DNA from: a virus
Taxonomy: Duplodnaviria; Caudoviricetes
Length of the DNA stretch: 29,452 nt
Strand: one strand, 5' to 3'
IMG/VR virus record: IMGVR_UViG_3300020308_000006
Span: 1 to 29,452 of that record
Position 1 is the stretch's first letter; every line of letters starts with the position of its first letter. This document shows positions 10,888 through 18,633 of this stretch, in pieces. The notes under the pieces were generated by a model. The model was not told where the DNA came from and made no database searches. It was given only the letters and a program-made list of their open reading frames with translations. A program made the translations under genes and the position numbers.

Positions 10888-12233
10888 TGAGTGTTTTAAG
10901 CATAGTTTGGGATGTACTTTCTAACGCAGATGACGTAGCACGAACGATTCTTTTACCTTCGACTAAAGCTTTTATTGATAAAGGAAAAGAGTTAGAAGAA
11001 AAAGGTGCTAACGAAGAAGAAATAAAAACAGCTACAGAAAAATCTGTTAATCAACTTGTTGCAGCTAACGAAGCTGCGCTAATGACACCTGACGAAATTA
11101 TTTTAACTCCTGAAGAAATTGCTGCTGGTAAACGGCGTGAAGAAAAACTTGCTGAATTAGTACTTAACGAAGGTTTTGCAGTAGGCGAACAAGACCCTGA
11201 TCTTTATGGAACAGCTAGTGTAATAACTGATCCGGGGATGTTAGCCGCAGGTCGATTAGCTTACGAAGACACTGCTGTTGAACAACAAGATTGGGCTGCT
11301 GTTACTACAGGGAATATGCCACGGCTTCGTGGTGCTGCTCCTCCTAGAGATACTTTAGGGTTTCAAGATGTCCCTTACGTAGATTACATCGAAGGAAGTT
11401 TGCCTCAACAAAACCCGTTAGTTGTTGGGCGAGGCCTTGGTTGGGAAATAGATGAGTCACGTATTGCTGATGGGCAAAGTTTTATAAGAAGCGTAGAACG
11501 CAACGTTCCGTTTACTGTTCGTGATGCAATGACTTTGTATGATGCCCAAGATCCAAATACTCAAAAGTTAATTGCTCAATCTTTAGCTATTGGCACAGGC
11601 GATAAATCGTTTATGGCAAATGCTTTAGGTGACAATATGTTCCGTGATCCATCAATTATTTACGACCGTGAATCAGTAATGCTCGGATTGTTAGAAATGG
11701 CTAACGAAATTTCTTATAGAGCAGGTTTATCTGGGGGTGGTATGGATGCGTACGAAATGATAAAAACAGAAATTCCTAAACTTCGTGCTGAAGATTTTGC
11801 ACCAGAAGGACCTCGTAATTACGTTCTTTTAAATCCTGTTCAAGCTGGGCTTATGGGTCAAGCAGTTACTCGCACTGGTTTAACGTTAGATTTGTTAAGT
11901 GATGAGCTTTTTGATTTAGCTGCTAACACTGGTGTTGTTAAATTAATATCGCAAACGCATAGTCGTGCATTAGCTAGCGATATATACAGGCGTGTTGTTG
12001 GGCGAGAACCAGATGAAGTTGCTCTTACTTTGTTTGATGAATGGAGCTTAGAAGCTCAACAAAACAACATGGGTGTTTCTAGACAACCAACTGATACAGA
12101 AATGAAATCGTATTTTGGTGAACAAATTATAAAAGAAACTGAAGAAGGCGGAGAGTTCCAAGAAGAGAAACTGTTAATAGATAGCGAAAGCGCAATGGAC
12201 GCCATCTTTAAAGCGTTTGGGAGTAGACGATAA
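10887..12233 (+). CDS. Putative internal virion / ejection protein (448 aa)
   Basis: TAATG-coupled on both sides; acidic and helical; lies between the giant ORF and the scaffold. Confidence 0.5.
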   Translation: MSVLSIVWDVLSNADDVARTILLPSTKAFIDKGKELEEKGANEEEIKTATEKSVNQLVAANEAALMTPDEIILTPEEIAAGKRREEKLAELVLNEGFAVGEQDPDLYGTASVITDPGMLAAGRLAYEDTAVEQQDWAAVTTGNMPRLRGAAPPRDTLGFQDVPYVDYIEGSLPQQNPLVVGRGLGWEIDESRIADGQSFIRSVERNVPFTVRDAMTLYDAQDPNTQKLIAQSLAIGTGDKSFMANALGDNMFRDPSIIYDRESVMLGLLEMANEISYRAGLSGGGMDAYEMIKTEIPKLRAEDFAPEGPRNYVLLNPVQAGLMGQAVTRTGLTLDLLSDELFDLAANTGVVKLISQTHSRALASDIYRRVVGREPDEVALTLFDEWSLEAQQNNMGVSRQPTDTEMKSYFGEQIIKETEEGGEFQEEKLLIDSESAMDAIFKAFGSRR

Positions 12234-13204
12234 TGGTTATTGAACCTATTCCAGAAGAAAAAGATCAAGCAACACTTGATTATGAAGCGTTGTTACGTGG
12301 TTTTAATTGGTTGTTAAGCCGTCAAGATATGGAAATTGATGGGCGCCATGTTTTTGAAATCATTCAACAGGATGGAAAAGCGCAAGGGTTTGTTTCCCAA
12401 GATCAATACGACAGGTGGGTTGAATCCTTAATACAACAAACTCCTTACTACAAAAATTTTGGTAAAGGTAAATTTGGTAAAGACGCTCAATGGAATGATG
12501 GGGAAACAGGAAGTGGTTGGTCAGGTCGTAGACGTGCGCTTGTTAAAACACAAGAACAATTAATTCGTGACGAGTTATTAAATCTTGGGTTGGAATGGTC
12601 TGACGGCGAAATACTTGCAGCGGCAAAATATGCTTGGGAACAAGACATGGGCGAAGCAGAAATTCGCCGGTATCTTGCAACTGATATTAAAACTCCAATA
12701 TCTTTTGGAGAGGATGTTGAAGGTGGCACTACACAAGCTGATCTTCGTACAACGATTCTTGGTATTTACGATAATTATCTTATTGATCCTGATGACAACG
12801 TAATTAACGAATGGGCTCGGCGTGCTTATATTGGCAACGAACAAGAGCAATTAGATTTGTTGCGTTCGTTATTAGGCGAACAAGCAGAAGATTTGTACCC
12901 TGCTGTAGCGGAACGTATACGTGCAGGACGTAGCCCGTTAGACATTTTGGGTTCTTATGGCAGCGTTTTTTACAGCATTATGGGTTACCAACCTCAATGG
13001 AAAAATGAACACCGTAAATTAGCGCTTGATATTTTAAGCGGTGATCAAAAAGACGATGGCGCTTATACCCCGTTAACTGCTAATAGTTTTGCGTACCGGG
13101 TAAGAACGTCAGAAGAAGCAGATTACAACCCTAATATTTTTAATGAAACAATGTCTTTTGTAAATCAAATAGGTTCTTTAATGGGCCAAACCACAAGGAT
13201 TTAA
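12233..13204 (+). CDS. Putative internal virion / ejection protein (323 aa)
   Basis: TAATG-coupled; helical and acidic; same block. Confidence 0.5.
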   Translation: MVIEPIPEEKDQATLDYEALLRGFNWLLSRQDMEIDGRHVFEIIQQDGKAQGFVSQDQYDRWVESLIQQTPYYKNFGKGKFGKDAQWNDGETGSGWSGRRRALVKTQEQLIRDELLNLGLEWSDGEILAAAKYAWEQDMGEAEIRRYLATDIKTPISFGEDVEGGTTQADLRTTILGIYDNYLIDPDDNVINEWARRAYIGNEQEQLDLLRSLLGEQAEDLYPAVAERIRAGRSPLDILGSYGSVFYSIMGYQPQWKNEHRKLALDILSGDQKDDGAYTPLTANSFAYRVRTSEEADYNPNIFNETMSFVNQIGSLMGQTTRI

Positions 13205-13205
13205 A

Positions 13206-14492
13206 ATGGTTGAAGTAGATCTCAACGCCTTGCACGCAAAAGGTCAGCAGATGTTACGCCAGTACCAAGCTAACCAGTTCACTACAGGTGCTTTAGAGTC
13301 AATGGCTTTTGATAACACTACTGCCCCTACTCCAAATACAGGGATGAATCAATATAATTTAGATGAAGCTATTCGTAGAATGAGCCAAGAAGCTCTTAAA
13401 GATTACGACATGCGTAGCGGTTTCCCAGTTGCTCCAGTTGTTCCAACTGTTCCTGTTCCTAGTGGTCCTAGCAACCCCGAGAACGATTTTTTTATTGACA
13501 TACCGGACGGAGATCTAGTTCCACCTAACCCACAGTCGCCACGAAACCCTAACGACTCACAACGTGATGAATATTTAGAATACATGAAAGAAAAAGGAAT
13601 GCGTAGCGCTGAAGGAGCGATGCGTGGATTCTTTGGTCAATTCTTTGGAGCAGAAGCTGGTAGTGCATTAGCTCAATGGGCAATAAGCCAAATAGCTTTA
13701 GGGTACGACGCTGACACAATCATTATGCAAATGCGATTTGGTAGTTCTACTGTTGCAACAACAGATGCAATGTACGTGCCAAAAGAAATTAGAGATCTTT
13801 ACGACAAACGTTTTCCTGCAATGGCATTGCGTGATGAAAATGATGCACCGTTAAGTGAAGCTCAATACGTGCAACAAGAAAGCGGCCTTCGAGCAATTAT
13901 AGATAAAACTGGTTTAGGAGCCTACGTCACTGCACAAGAAGCTTTAGGCAAAGACCCGATAACTACGTTAATAGCTAACAATGTATCGGTAGCAGAATTC
14001 GCAGGGCGTGCAGAAGAAGCTGAAGATATGTACTACAACTCAAACCCTGAAACTGTAGCTATGTTAAAACGAGATTATAAGTGGGATAAAGCAGATTTTA
14101 TGGCAGCAATGGTTGACCCTACGTTTATGGCAACCTCGTCTTTAGCTGAAGCTAAACGTGCGTATAACGCATCAAAACTTACTGGCATGTCACAAAGAGT
14201 TTTAGGAACTACCTCGTTTAATAAAGATTTAAGTAGAAGTCTTTTAAATCAAAACGTTCAAGAACGTGAAGTAGCTGCACAATTAGGGCAATTTGCAGGT
14301 TTAGCAGGTAGCACAATTAGCTCTGACGCTATGACAGGTACTGAACTTGGTGAAGGTATATGGGGATCAGGTGAAGCTAGAGCAGATTTACGTCGTGAAA
14401 ATGAAAAACGACGCAGCCAATTTAGTGGGACTACTGGCAGCATGATTAATGCTGCTGGCAATACTTCACTTGGTTCTGTTTACACTACCTAA
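13206..14492 (+). CDS. Putative internal virion / ejection protein (428 aa)
   Basis: AAGGA SD at 13195-13199; Pro-rich linker, then a helical region (YDKRFPAM..LSEAQY..NNVSVAEF); Gly/Ser-rich C-terminus. Confidence 0.5.
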   Translation: MVEVDLNALHAKGQQMLRQYQANQFTTGALESMAFDNTTAPTPNTGMNQYNLDEAIRRMSQEALKDYDMRSGFPVAPVVPTVPVPSGPSNPENDFFIDIPDGDLVPPNPQSPRNPNDSQRDEYLEYMKEKGMRSAEGAMRGFFGQFFGAEAGSALAQWAISQIALGYDADTIIMQMRFGSSTVATTDAMYVPKEIRDLYDKRFPAMALRDENDAPLSEAQYVQQESGLRAIIDKTGLGAYVTAQEALGKDPITTLIANNVSVAEFAGRAEEAEDMYYNSNPETVAMLKRDYKWDKADFMAAMVDPTFMATSSLAEAKRAYNASKLTGMSQRVLGTTSFNKDLSRSLLNQNVQEREVAAQLGQFAGLAGSTISSDAMTGTELGEGIWGSGEARADLRRENEKRRSQFSGTTGSMINAAGNTSLGSVYTT

Positions 14493-14494
14493 AT

Positions 14495-14523
14495 TTGCAT
14501 TCACCTTTCGTATACTTTATAAT
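14495..14523 (+). promoter_or_regulatory. Sigma70/SigA-type promoter for the scaffold-capsid genes
   Basis: TTGCAT (14495-14500), 17-bp spacer, perfect TATAAT (14518-14523), in the largest + strand intergenic gap. Confidence 0.75.
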
Positions 14524-14527
14524 TTGT

Positions 14528-14612
14528 TTGTTGGCCCCAAACGGGTGAGCTAACAACCCTTCCATCTGAGGTTCCACCGCTGAAGATGTGCTACAGGATA
14601 GGTGAGTGACAT
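14528..14612 (+). promoter_or_regulatory. Structured 5' leader of the scaffold gene (two stems, kink-turn-like element, SD AGGTGA)
   Basis: Stem 1: TTGTTGGC-CCC-aaac-GGG-tga-GCTAACAA (14528-14556). Stem 2: CATCT-GA-GGT-tcc-ACC-gct-GA-AGATG (14563-14588). SD at 14600-14605. Confidence 0.55.
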
Positions 14613-15089
14613 ATGACAGACATTGACTCCACTCAAAATAGTGACAATGCTGGCAGTACTGAATCTGAGCCAAATTTTCGTCGTAAATACGAAAAAACTA
14701 TTGAGGCAGAGAGAGCGAGAGCCGACGCTGCTGAAGCAGAAAACAAAATTTTAATGCGGGATAAAACGTTTAGATCAGCAGGACTTGATCCTGATGATGC
14801 TCGTGTAAAATATTTTGTTAAAGGCTACGAAGGCGACCTTGATGTTGACGCAATCCGTATGGAAGCTGAAGCTGCTGGGTTTTTAAATGTGGCAACACAA
14901 CCTTCAAGCCAACCTAATGCAATAATGCCTGATGTTTTACGAACAGAAGAACGCATTCAAGCGGCAGGTGAAGGCGGAGATCCAGTTGTCCCACCCGATT
15001 TTTCTCAGAGATTAGCAGCAACTACTTCGGAAGAAGAAGTGCGGCAGTTAATGGAATCTCAGGGAGTAATGTGGAACGCTAGCGTTTGA
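14613..15089 (+). CDS. Capsid scaffolding protein (158 aa)
   Basis: Immediately upstream of the major capsid gene; acidic N-terminus, coiled-coil segment (EAERARADAAEAENK), short C-terminal helix. Confidence 0.7.
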   Translation: MTDIDSTQNSDNAGSTESEPNFRRKYEKTIEAERARADAAEAENKILMRDKTFRSAGLDPDDARVKYFVKGYEGDLDVDAIRMEAEAAGFLNVATQPSSQPNAIMPDVLRTEERIQAAGEGGDPVVPPDFSQRLAATTSEEEVRQLMESQGVMWNASV

Positions 15090-15098
15090 TTTTATTTT

Positions 15099-15130
15099 GA
15101 GGAGTCCTTACCTATAAGGATTAAGTTGCA
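15099..15130 (+). promoter_or_regulatory. Capsid gene ribosome-binding region with an internal hairpin
   Basis: GAGG (15099-15102), then an 8-bp hairpin AGTCCTTA-ccta-TAAGGATT (15103-15122) containing AAGGA, then 8 nt to the ATG. Confidence 0.5.
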
Positions 15131-16087
15131 ATGGCAACCCCCTCAGTAACAACTTCAACTCTGGACGATCAGGTACAGGCTGCGTTCGATCAGGTTGCGT
15201 ATTTCGCTTTGCGTTCGCAACCATTGTTCGAAATGGTCGCTGACGTTCGTTCGACAGCACAGAGCCACAACGGTTCTAGTGTTAAATTTACTTTCCTAGC
15301 CGATCTTGGGCAGGCCACTACAGCGCTTACGGAAAACGCTGATGTGACAGCACAGGCATTGACTGACAGCCAAATAAACGTAGCTCTTGCAGAGTACGGT
15401 AATGCGGTTATCACCAGTGCCAAGCTGCGTGGAACATCATTCCTTAACGTAGACGCTGATGCAGCCAACATTGTTGGTTACAACATGGCTGACTCAATGG
15501 ATAAAATTGTGTCTGATGTTGCCAATGGCAGCACCGACGCCAATCAAATTATCCATTCGGGCCAAACAAGCCGTGGCGCAATCACAGCTACTGATAACTA
15601 CACTGCTGCGTTAGGCAGGCAAGCCGTAGCTAAGTTGCGGACTGCTAACGCTCCCGGTTGGGAAAACGGCAACTATATGGCAATTATTCACCCTGATGTT
15701 TCTTACGATCTTCGTGGAGATACAGCGGTGACTGACGTTGTTAACTACCAGTTGTACCAAGAAGGAGGCCCAATTCGTGCAGGTTCGATTGGTACTTTCA
15801 ATGGCATCGAATACATTGAGAACCCACGTGCCGGTTTAATCGCCGACGGTGGTTCCGGTAACGTCGATGTTTACCAAACCCTTATCTGTGGCCGTCAAGC
15901 GCTTGCAAAAGCGCATTCACGTGCCCCCGGATTTGGCGCTGACCCAAGCATTGTTGTTGGTCCTGTGACTGACACCCTGCGTCGGTTCAATCCAATTGGC
16001 TGGTACCACCTAGTCGGATACGGCATCTTCCGTGAAGCATGCATGGTCCGTGTGGAAGCAGCATCAACAATCGGAGCTAACTCCTAG
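15131..16087 (+). CDS. Major capsid protein (HK97 fold, N4-gp56-like family), 318 aa
   Basis: Motifs LAEYGNAV, IIHPDVSYDLR, GSIGTFNGIEYIE, DTLRRFNPIGWY; more C-ending codons than neighbours, as expected for high expression; double TAG TAG stop. Confidence 0.9.
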   Translation: MATPSVTTSTLDDQVQAAFDQVAYFALRSQPLFEMVADVRSTAQSHNGSSVKFTFLADLGQATTALTENADVTAQALTDSQINVALAEYGNAVITSAKLRGTSFLNVDADAANIVGYNMADSMDKIVSDVANGSTDANQIIHSGQTSRGAITATDNYTAALGRQAVAKLRTANAPGWENGNYMAIIHPDVSYDLRGDTAVTDVVNYQLYQEGGPIRAGSIGTFNGIEYIENPRAGLIADGGSGNVDVYQTLICGRQALAKAHSRAPGFGADPSIVVGPVTDTLRRFNPIGWYHLVGYGIFREACMVRVEAASTIGANS

Positions 16088-16105
16088 TAGTTAGTTTTAG
16101 AGATC

Positions 16106-16146
16106 GCAGAGGGGTCGGGTTTTCCCCCTTTCCCCGGCCTCTCTGC
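16106..16146 (+). terminator. 14-bp hairpin after the capsid gene with a pyrimidine (anti-SD-like) loop; probable terminator or 3' stabiliser
   Basis: GCAGAGGGGTCGGG / CCCGGCCTCTCTGC (two G-U pairs that form on the + strand); loop TTTTCCCCCTTTC; followed by TCTTCTCT rather than a clean U-tract. Confidence 0.7.
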
Positions 16147-16153
16147 TCTTCTC

Positions 16154-16162
16154 TGCTATCAT
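16154..16162 (+). promoter_or_regulatory. Extended -10 element positioned for a leaderless transcript
   Basis: TGcTATCAT ends 7 nt before the ATG at 16170; no SD upstream of that ATG. Confidence 0.55.
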
Positions 16163-16169
16163 TTCAATC

Positions 16170-16271
16170 ATGCCTACAGTTAACGGAAAAAAGTACGCCT
16201 ATACCGCTAAAGGTAAAAAGGCTGCTGCTGCTGCAAGAAAGAAAAAAAAGAATGCAAAAACCAAGCGGTGA
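16170..16271 (+). CDS. Small highly basic protein (33 aa)
   Basis: MPTVNGKKYAYTAKGKKAAAAARKKKKNAKTKR*; below the ORF-track cut-off; resembles the MPxVxGKKxxYTxKG basic peptides often seen near capsid genes of aquatic phages. Confidence 0.75.
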   Translation: MPTVNGKKYAYTAKGKKAAAAARKKKKNAKTKR

Positions 16272-16323
16272 CGTAACGATTAGGCCAAAGCCAATCCAAG
16301 GAACGAGTAGCACCAATGGCTAG
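16252..16323 (+). CDS. Micro-ORF (23 aa) resembling one repeat unit of the 352-aa structural protein
   Basis: MQKPSGDVTIRPKPIQGTSSTNG*; bridges the gap between the 33-aa and 154-aa genes, overlapping both (ATGGCTAG 8-nt overlap downstream). Confidence 0.45.
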   Translation: MQKPSGDVTIRPKPIQGTSSTNG

Positions 16324-16780
16324 TGGACTTTTTTGCGAAACGTTTGAGGCCGCATTAAAAAATGACCTCAATTTAGATTTCGATAATGACACGTTTAAAT
16401 GTTTGTTGACAACTGCGTCATTTAATCCGACTGCTTCGGATTATGAAACTATGTCAACAATGAACGATATAACTAACGAGTTACCAGCAGGTGGTAATTA
16501 CTCAACTGGTGGCGAAACGTTGACCAGTGTTACGTTTACTAGTTCTTCGGATGGCACAGGAACATTAAAGTTTGATGCTGCCGATACTGAATGGGCTGCT
16601 TCAACGTTGTCTGGTGTAGCAAGAGCAGTTGTTTACGATGACACGCTTTACGCCAGCACAGGCACAAACAAATGTCTTATTGCTTGCATAGATTTTGGGG
16701 GAGCTTTTAGTACAACGTCCGGCACATTCAAAATCCAATGGAATACTGCCGGTATTTTCACTCTTGATCTGGTTCCATAG
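16316..16780 (+). CDS. Beta-rich virion structural protein (154 aa), fibre-associated family
   Basis: Pattern DxDNDTFKxxL..NE..GxNYxxGG.TL..FDAAD..W..AVVY..LIAxIDFG..GTFxIQWNxxGIF is a widespread phage structural family found beside fibre genes. Confidence 0.65.
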   Translation: MASGLFCETFEAALKNDLNLDFDNDTFKCLLTTASFNPTASDYETMSTMNDITNELPAGGNYSTGGETLTSVTFTSSSDGTGTLKFDAADTEWAASTLSGVARAVVYDDTLYASTGTNKCLIACIDFGGAFSTTSGTFKIQWNTAGIFTLDLVP

Positions 16781-16789
16781 GAGTTATAA

Positions 16790-17452
16790 ATGCCTTCATC
16801 AAATTACCCAACTTCGTTAGATACAACTTCAACGCAAGTAACTCCGGGTTCTACTACTGACTTAGATGCGTCAGGTTTTGAACACGATCAGGTGCACGGT
16901 GCTGCTTCTACGGCTTTAATTGCTTTAGAAACAAAACTTGGTATTAGTGCTTCGCCTGCTGCTTCAGCATCAACGAACGCTTTGCTTACGCATACTGGTA
17001 CAGGTACGACAGCGTGGTCTACTACGTTGACGAGCCCAACTATTGCTGGTGCAACTCTGTCTGGTGCTGTTGTTGGTGCAGATCAGCTTATGTCTGCGGT
17101 TATCCATAAGGATTACTCCGAAACGGTGTACGCCGGTGGGAGCACAAGCACCGCAGTTACTCTTGACGAAACTAACGGCAATACCCAAACGTGGACAATG
17201 AGTGGCAACTGTACTTTTACAATGCCTTCGGGTGCTGGTTTGCAGCCCGGTACTGCGTTGACACTAATTCTTACGCAAGATGGTACGGGTTCTCGTACTG
17301 GTGCGTTTACTAGTGTCAAGTGGGCTGGTGGTACTGCTCCAACGTTGACAACTACTGCTACTACTGGTGCAGATATTCTTTGTTTTGTCACATTTAACGG
17401 CGGTAGCTCACCAGTTTGGTATGGGTTTGTAGCTGGTCAAGACTTCCAGTAA
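16790..17452 (+). CDS. Short fibre / fibre adaptor protein (220 aa)
   Basis: N-terminal NYPTSLD...H...ALIALETKLG attachment/coiled-coil segment; C-terminal TLILTQDGTGSRT..VKWAGGTAPTLTT..DIL domain typical of phage fibre ends; GGAG SD. Confidence 0.7.
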   Translation: MPSSNYPTSLDTTSTQVTPGSTTDLDASGFEHDQVHGAASTALIALETKLGISASPAASASTNALLTHTGTGTTAWSTTLTSPTIAGATLSGAVVGADQLMSAVIHKDYSETVYAGGSTSTAVTLDETNGNTQTWTMSGNCTFTMPSGAGLQPGTALTLILTQDGTGSRTGAFTSVKWAGGTAPTLTTTATTGADILCFVTFNGGSSPVWYGFVAGQDFQ

Positions 17453-17461
17453 GGATTACTA

Positions 17462-18076
17462 ATGCCTCTAGGCGCATTTAAAACAGCTTTGTTGGGTGCT
17501 GCCGGAAGCGGCGGCGGCGGCAAGGGTTGGGAAACTCTTGGCACCGCTGATTATGGTGGTCAAACGAGTGTCAATTTTACGGGTATTGACCCAACTAAGT
17601 ATTCGATATTGCGTGTAGTTTTTTGGGAACCGGGAAATACTTCCGCTGGCGGAGCCAACCCAATAATGCAAGTCCAGCCGATAAACACCAATAATTATCG
17701 TAATAACTGGGGGTATGAGAACGTAAAAAATGGTTCTCGGTATGTGTACGATGATCGTGAAACAACTTACGCAGAAATGTGGCGGGCAATCGGTGCTGGT
17801 GATTCTTCCAACGTAGGATATGGACAAAGTTTTGTTGCGTATTTTACGACTGGGCCAAGAGATTCTCAAACTAGTCGCCAAGTTTGGCGTTCTATGCACA
17901 ACTGGTGGGGAAACGGCAACAACCCAGCTATAGACAATGCTTGGGGAGGTAACTCCTCATATAATTATGGTACTCCCAACACTGAAGGTACCACTAACCT
18001 TTATTTCACTGTAACTAGTAGCTGGAGTCGTCCGACTAACGCAGTTATTAGTCTTTACGGATTGGCTCAACCATAA
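17462..18076 (+). CDS. Putative receptor-binding tip protein, paralog 1 (204 aa)
   Basis: MPLGAFK leader plus Gly linker, then a SVNFTGI..YSILRV ... ISLYG beta-domain shared with the next two genes; Asn/Trp/Tyr-rich. Confidence 0.55.
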   Translation: MPLGAFKTALLGAAGSGGGGKGWETLGTADYGGQTSVNFTGIDPTKYSILRVVFWEPGNTSAGGANPIMQVQPINTNNYRNNWGYENVKNGSRYVYDDRETTYAEMWRAIGAGDSSNVGYGQSFVAYFTTGPRDSQTSRQVWRSMHNWWGNGNNPAIDNAWGGNSSYNYGTPNTEGTTNLYFTVTSSWSRPTNAVISLYGLAQP

Positions 18077-18633
18077 TGGAAGCTGTAGCCCAAATCGTTG
18101 TTGACGATACTACAACAGGTTCTGTTTCGTTTACCAGTCTGCCTCAAACTTATTCGTCTTTGCATATTGAGGGTATGGCTGCATCGACTAATACTGGCAC
18201 GGACGTTGAGTTTTATGCGACGTTTAATAACATAACAACAGCGTCTTATGATTATCAGTTCCGTCGGGTTACAAGAACTAATGGTTCACATACCGACTAT
18301 TACACATGGAATAGCAGTTCATCCAGTCCTTTGCTTGCTCGGATACCCGGTACTCAAAGTGGGGCAGCAGGGGCTTCCAATGTTATGGCGTTAATGCAAA
18401 TGAATTTAACTCAATACCGTTCTACTGATAATGGATCACCAATGATCGAAGTACGGGCATGGACTACTGTGGACTCCAGCGGTGGTATTACCAGATGGTT
18501 TGAAAACAGTATGGGCATGACGACCATAGATACCGGTATGAACTCGACAGCTATCACTACGTTGACATTGTCAACAGTAAGTTATTTTAAAGAAGGTTCG
18601 GTGTTTACATTGTATGGAAGACCAGATTCCTAA
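18076..18633 (+). CDS. Putative receptor-binding tip protein, paralog 2 (185 aa)
   Basis: SVSFTSLPQTYSSLHI ... TAITTLTL..FKEGSVFTLYG; TAATG-coupled. Confidence 0.55.
   Translation: MEAVAQIVVDDTTTGSVSFTSLPQTYSSLHIEGMAASTNTGTDVEFYATFNNITTASYDYQFRRVTRTNGSHTDYYTWNSSSSSPLLARIPGTQSGAAGASNVMALMQMNLTQYRSTDNGSPMIEVRAWTTVDSSGGITRWFENSMGMTTIDTGMNSTAITTLTLSTVSYFKEGSVFTLYGRPDS

Noticed and set aside
14560-14600. tRNA or known riboswitch in the scaffold leader (GGTTCCACC looks like a T-arm)
   Set aside because: No cloverleaf, and I could not match a SAM, c-di-GMP, T-box or other known aptamer consensus.
16117-16123. GGGTTTT slippery-like heptamer near the capsid gene end (T7-style capsid extension)
   Set aside because: It lies after the double TAG TAG stop, inside the hairpin, so translating ribosomes would not reach it.
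16244-16250. A AAA AAG -1 frameshift site that could fuse the basic peptide to the 154-aa gene
   Set aside because: The -1 frame hits TAA at 16274-16276 before the 154-aa start; the run is explained by Lys codons.
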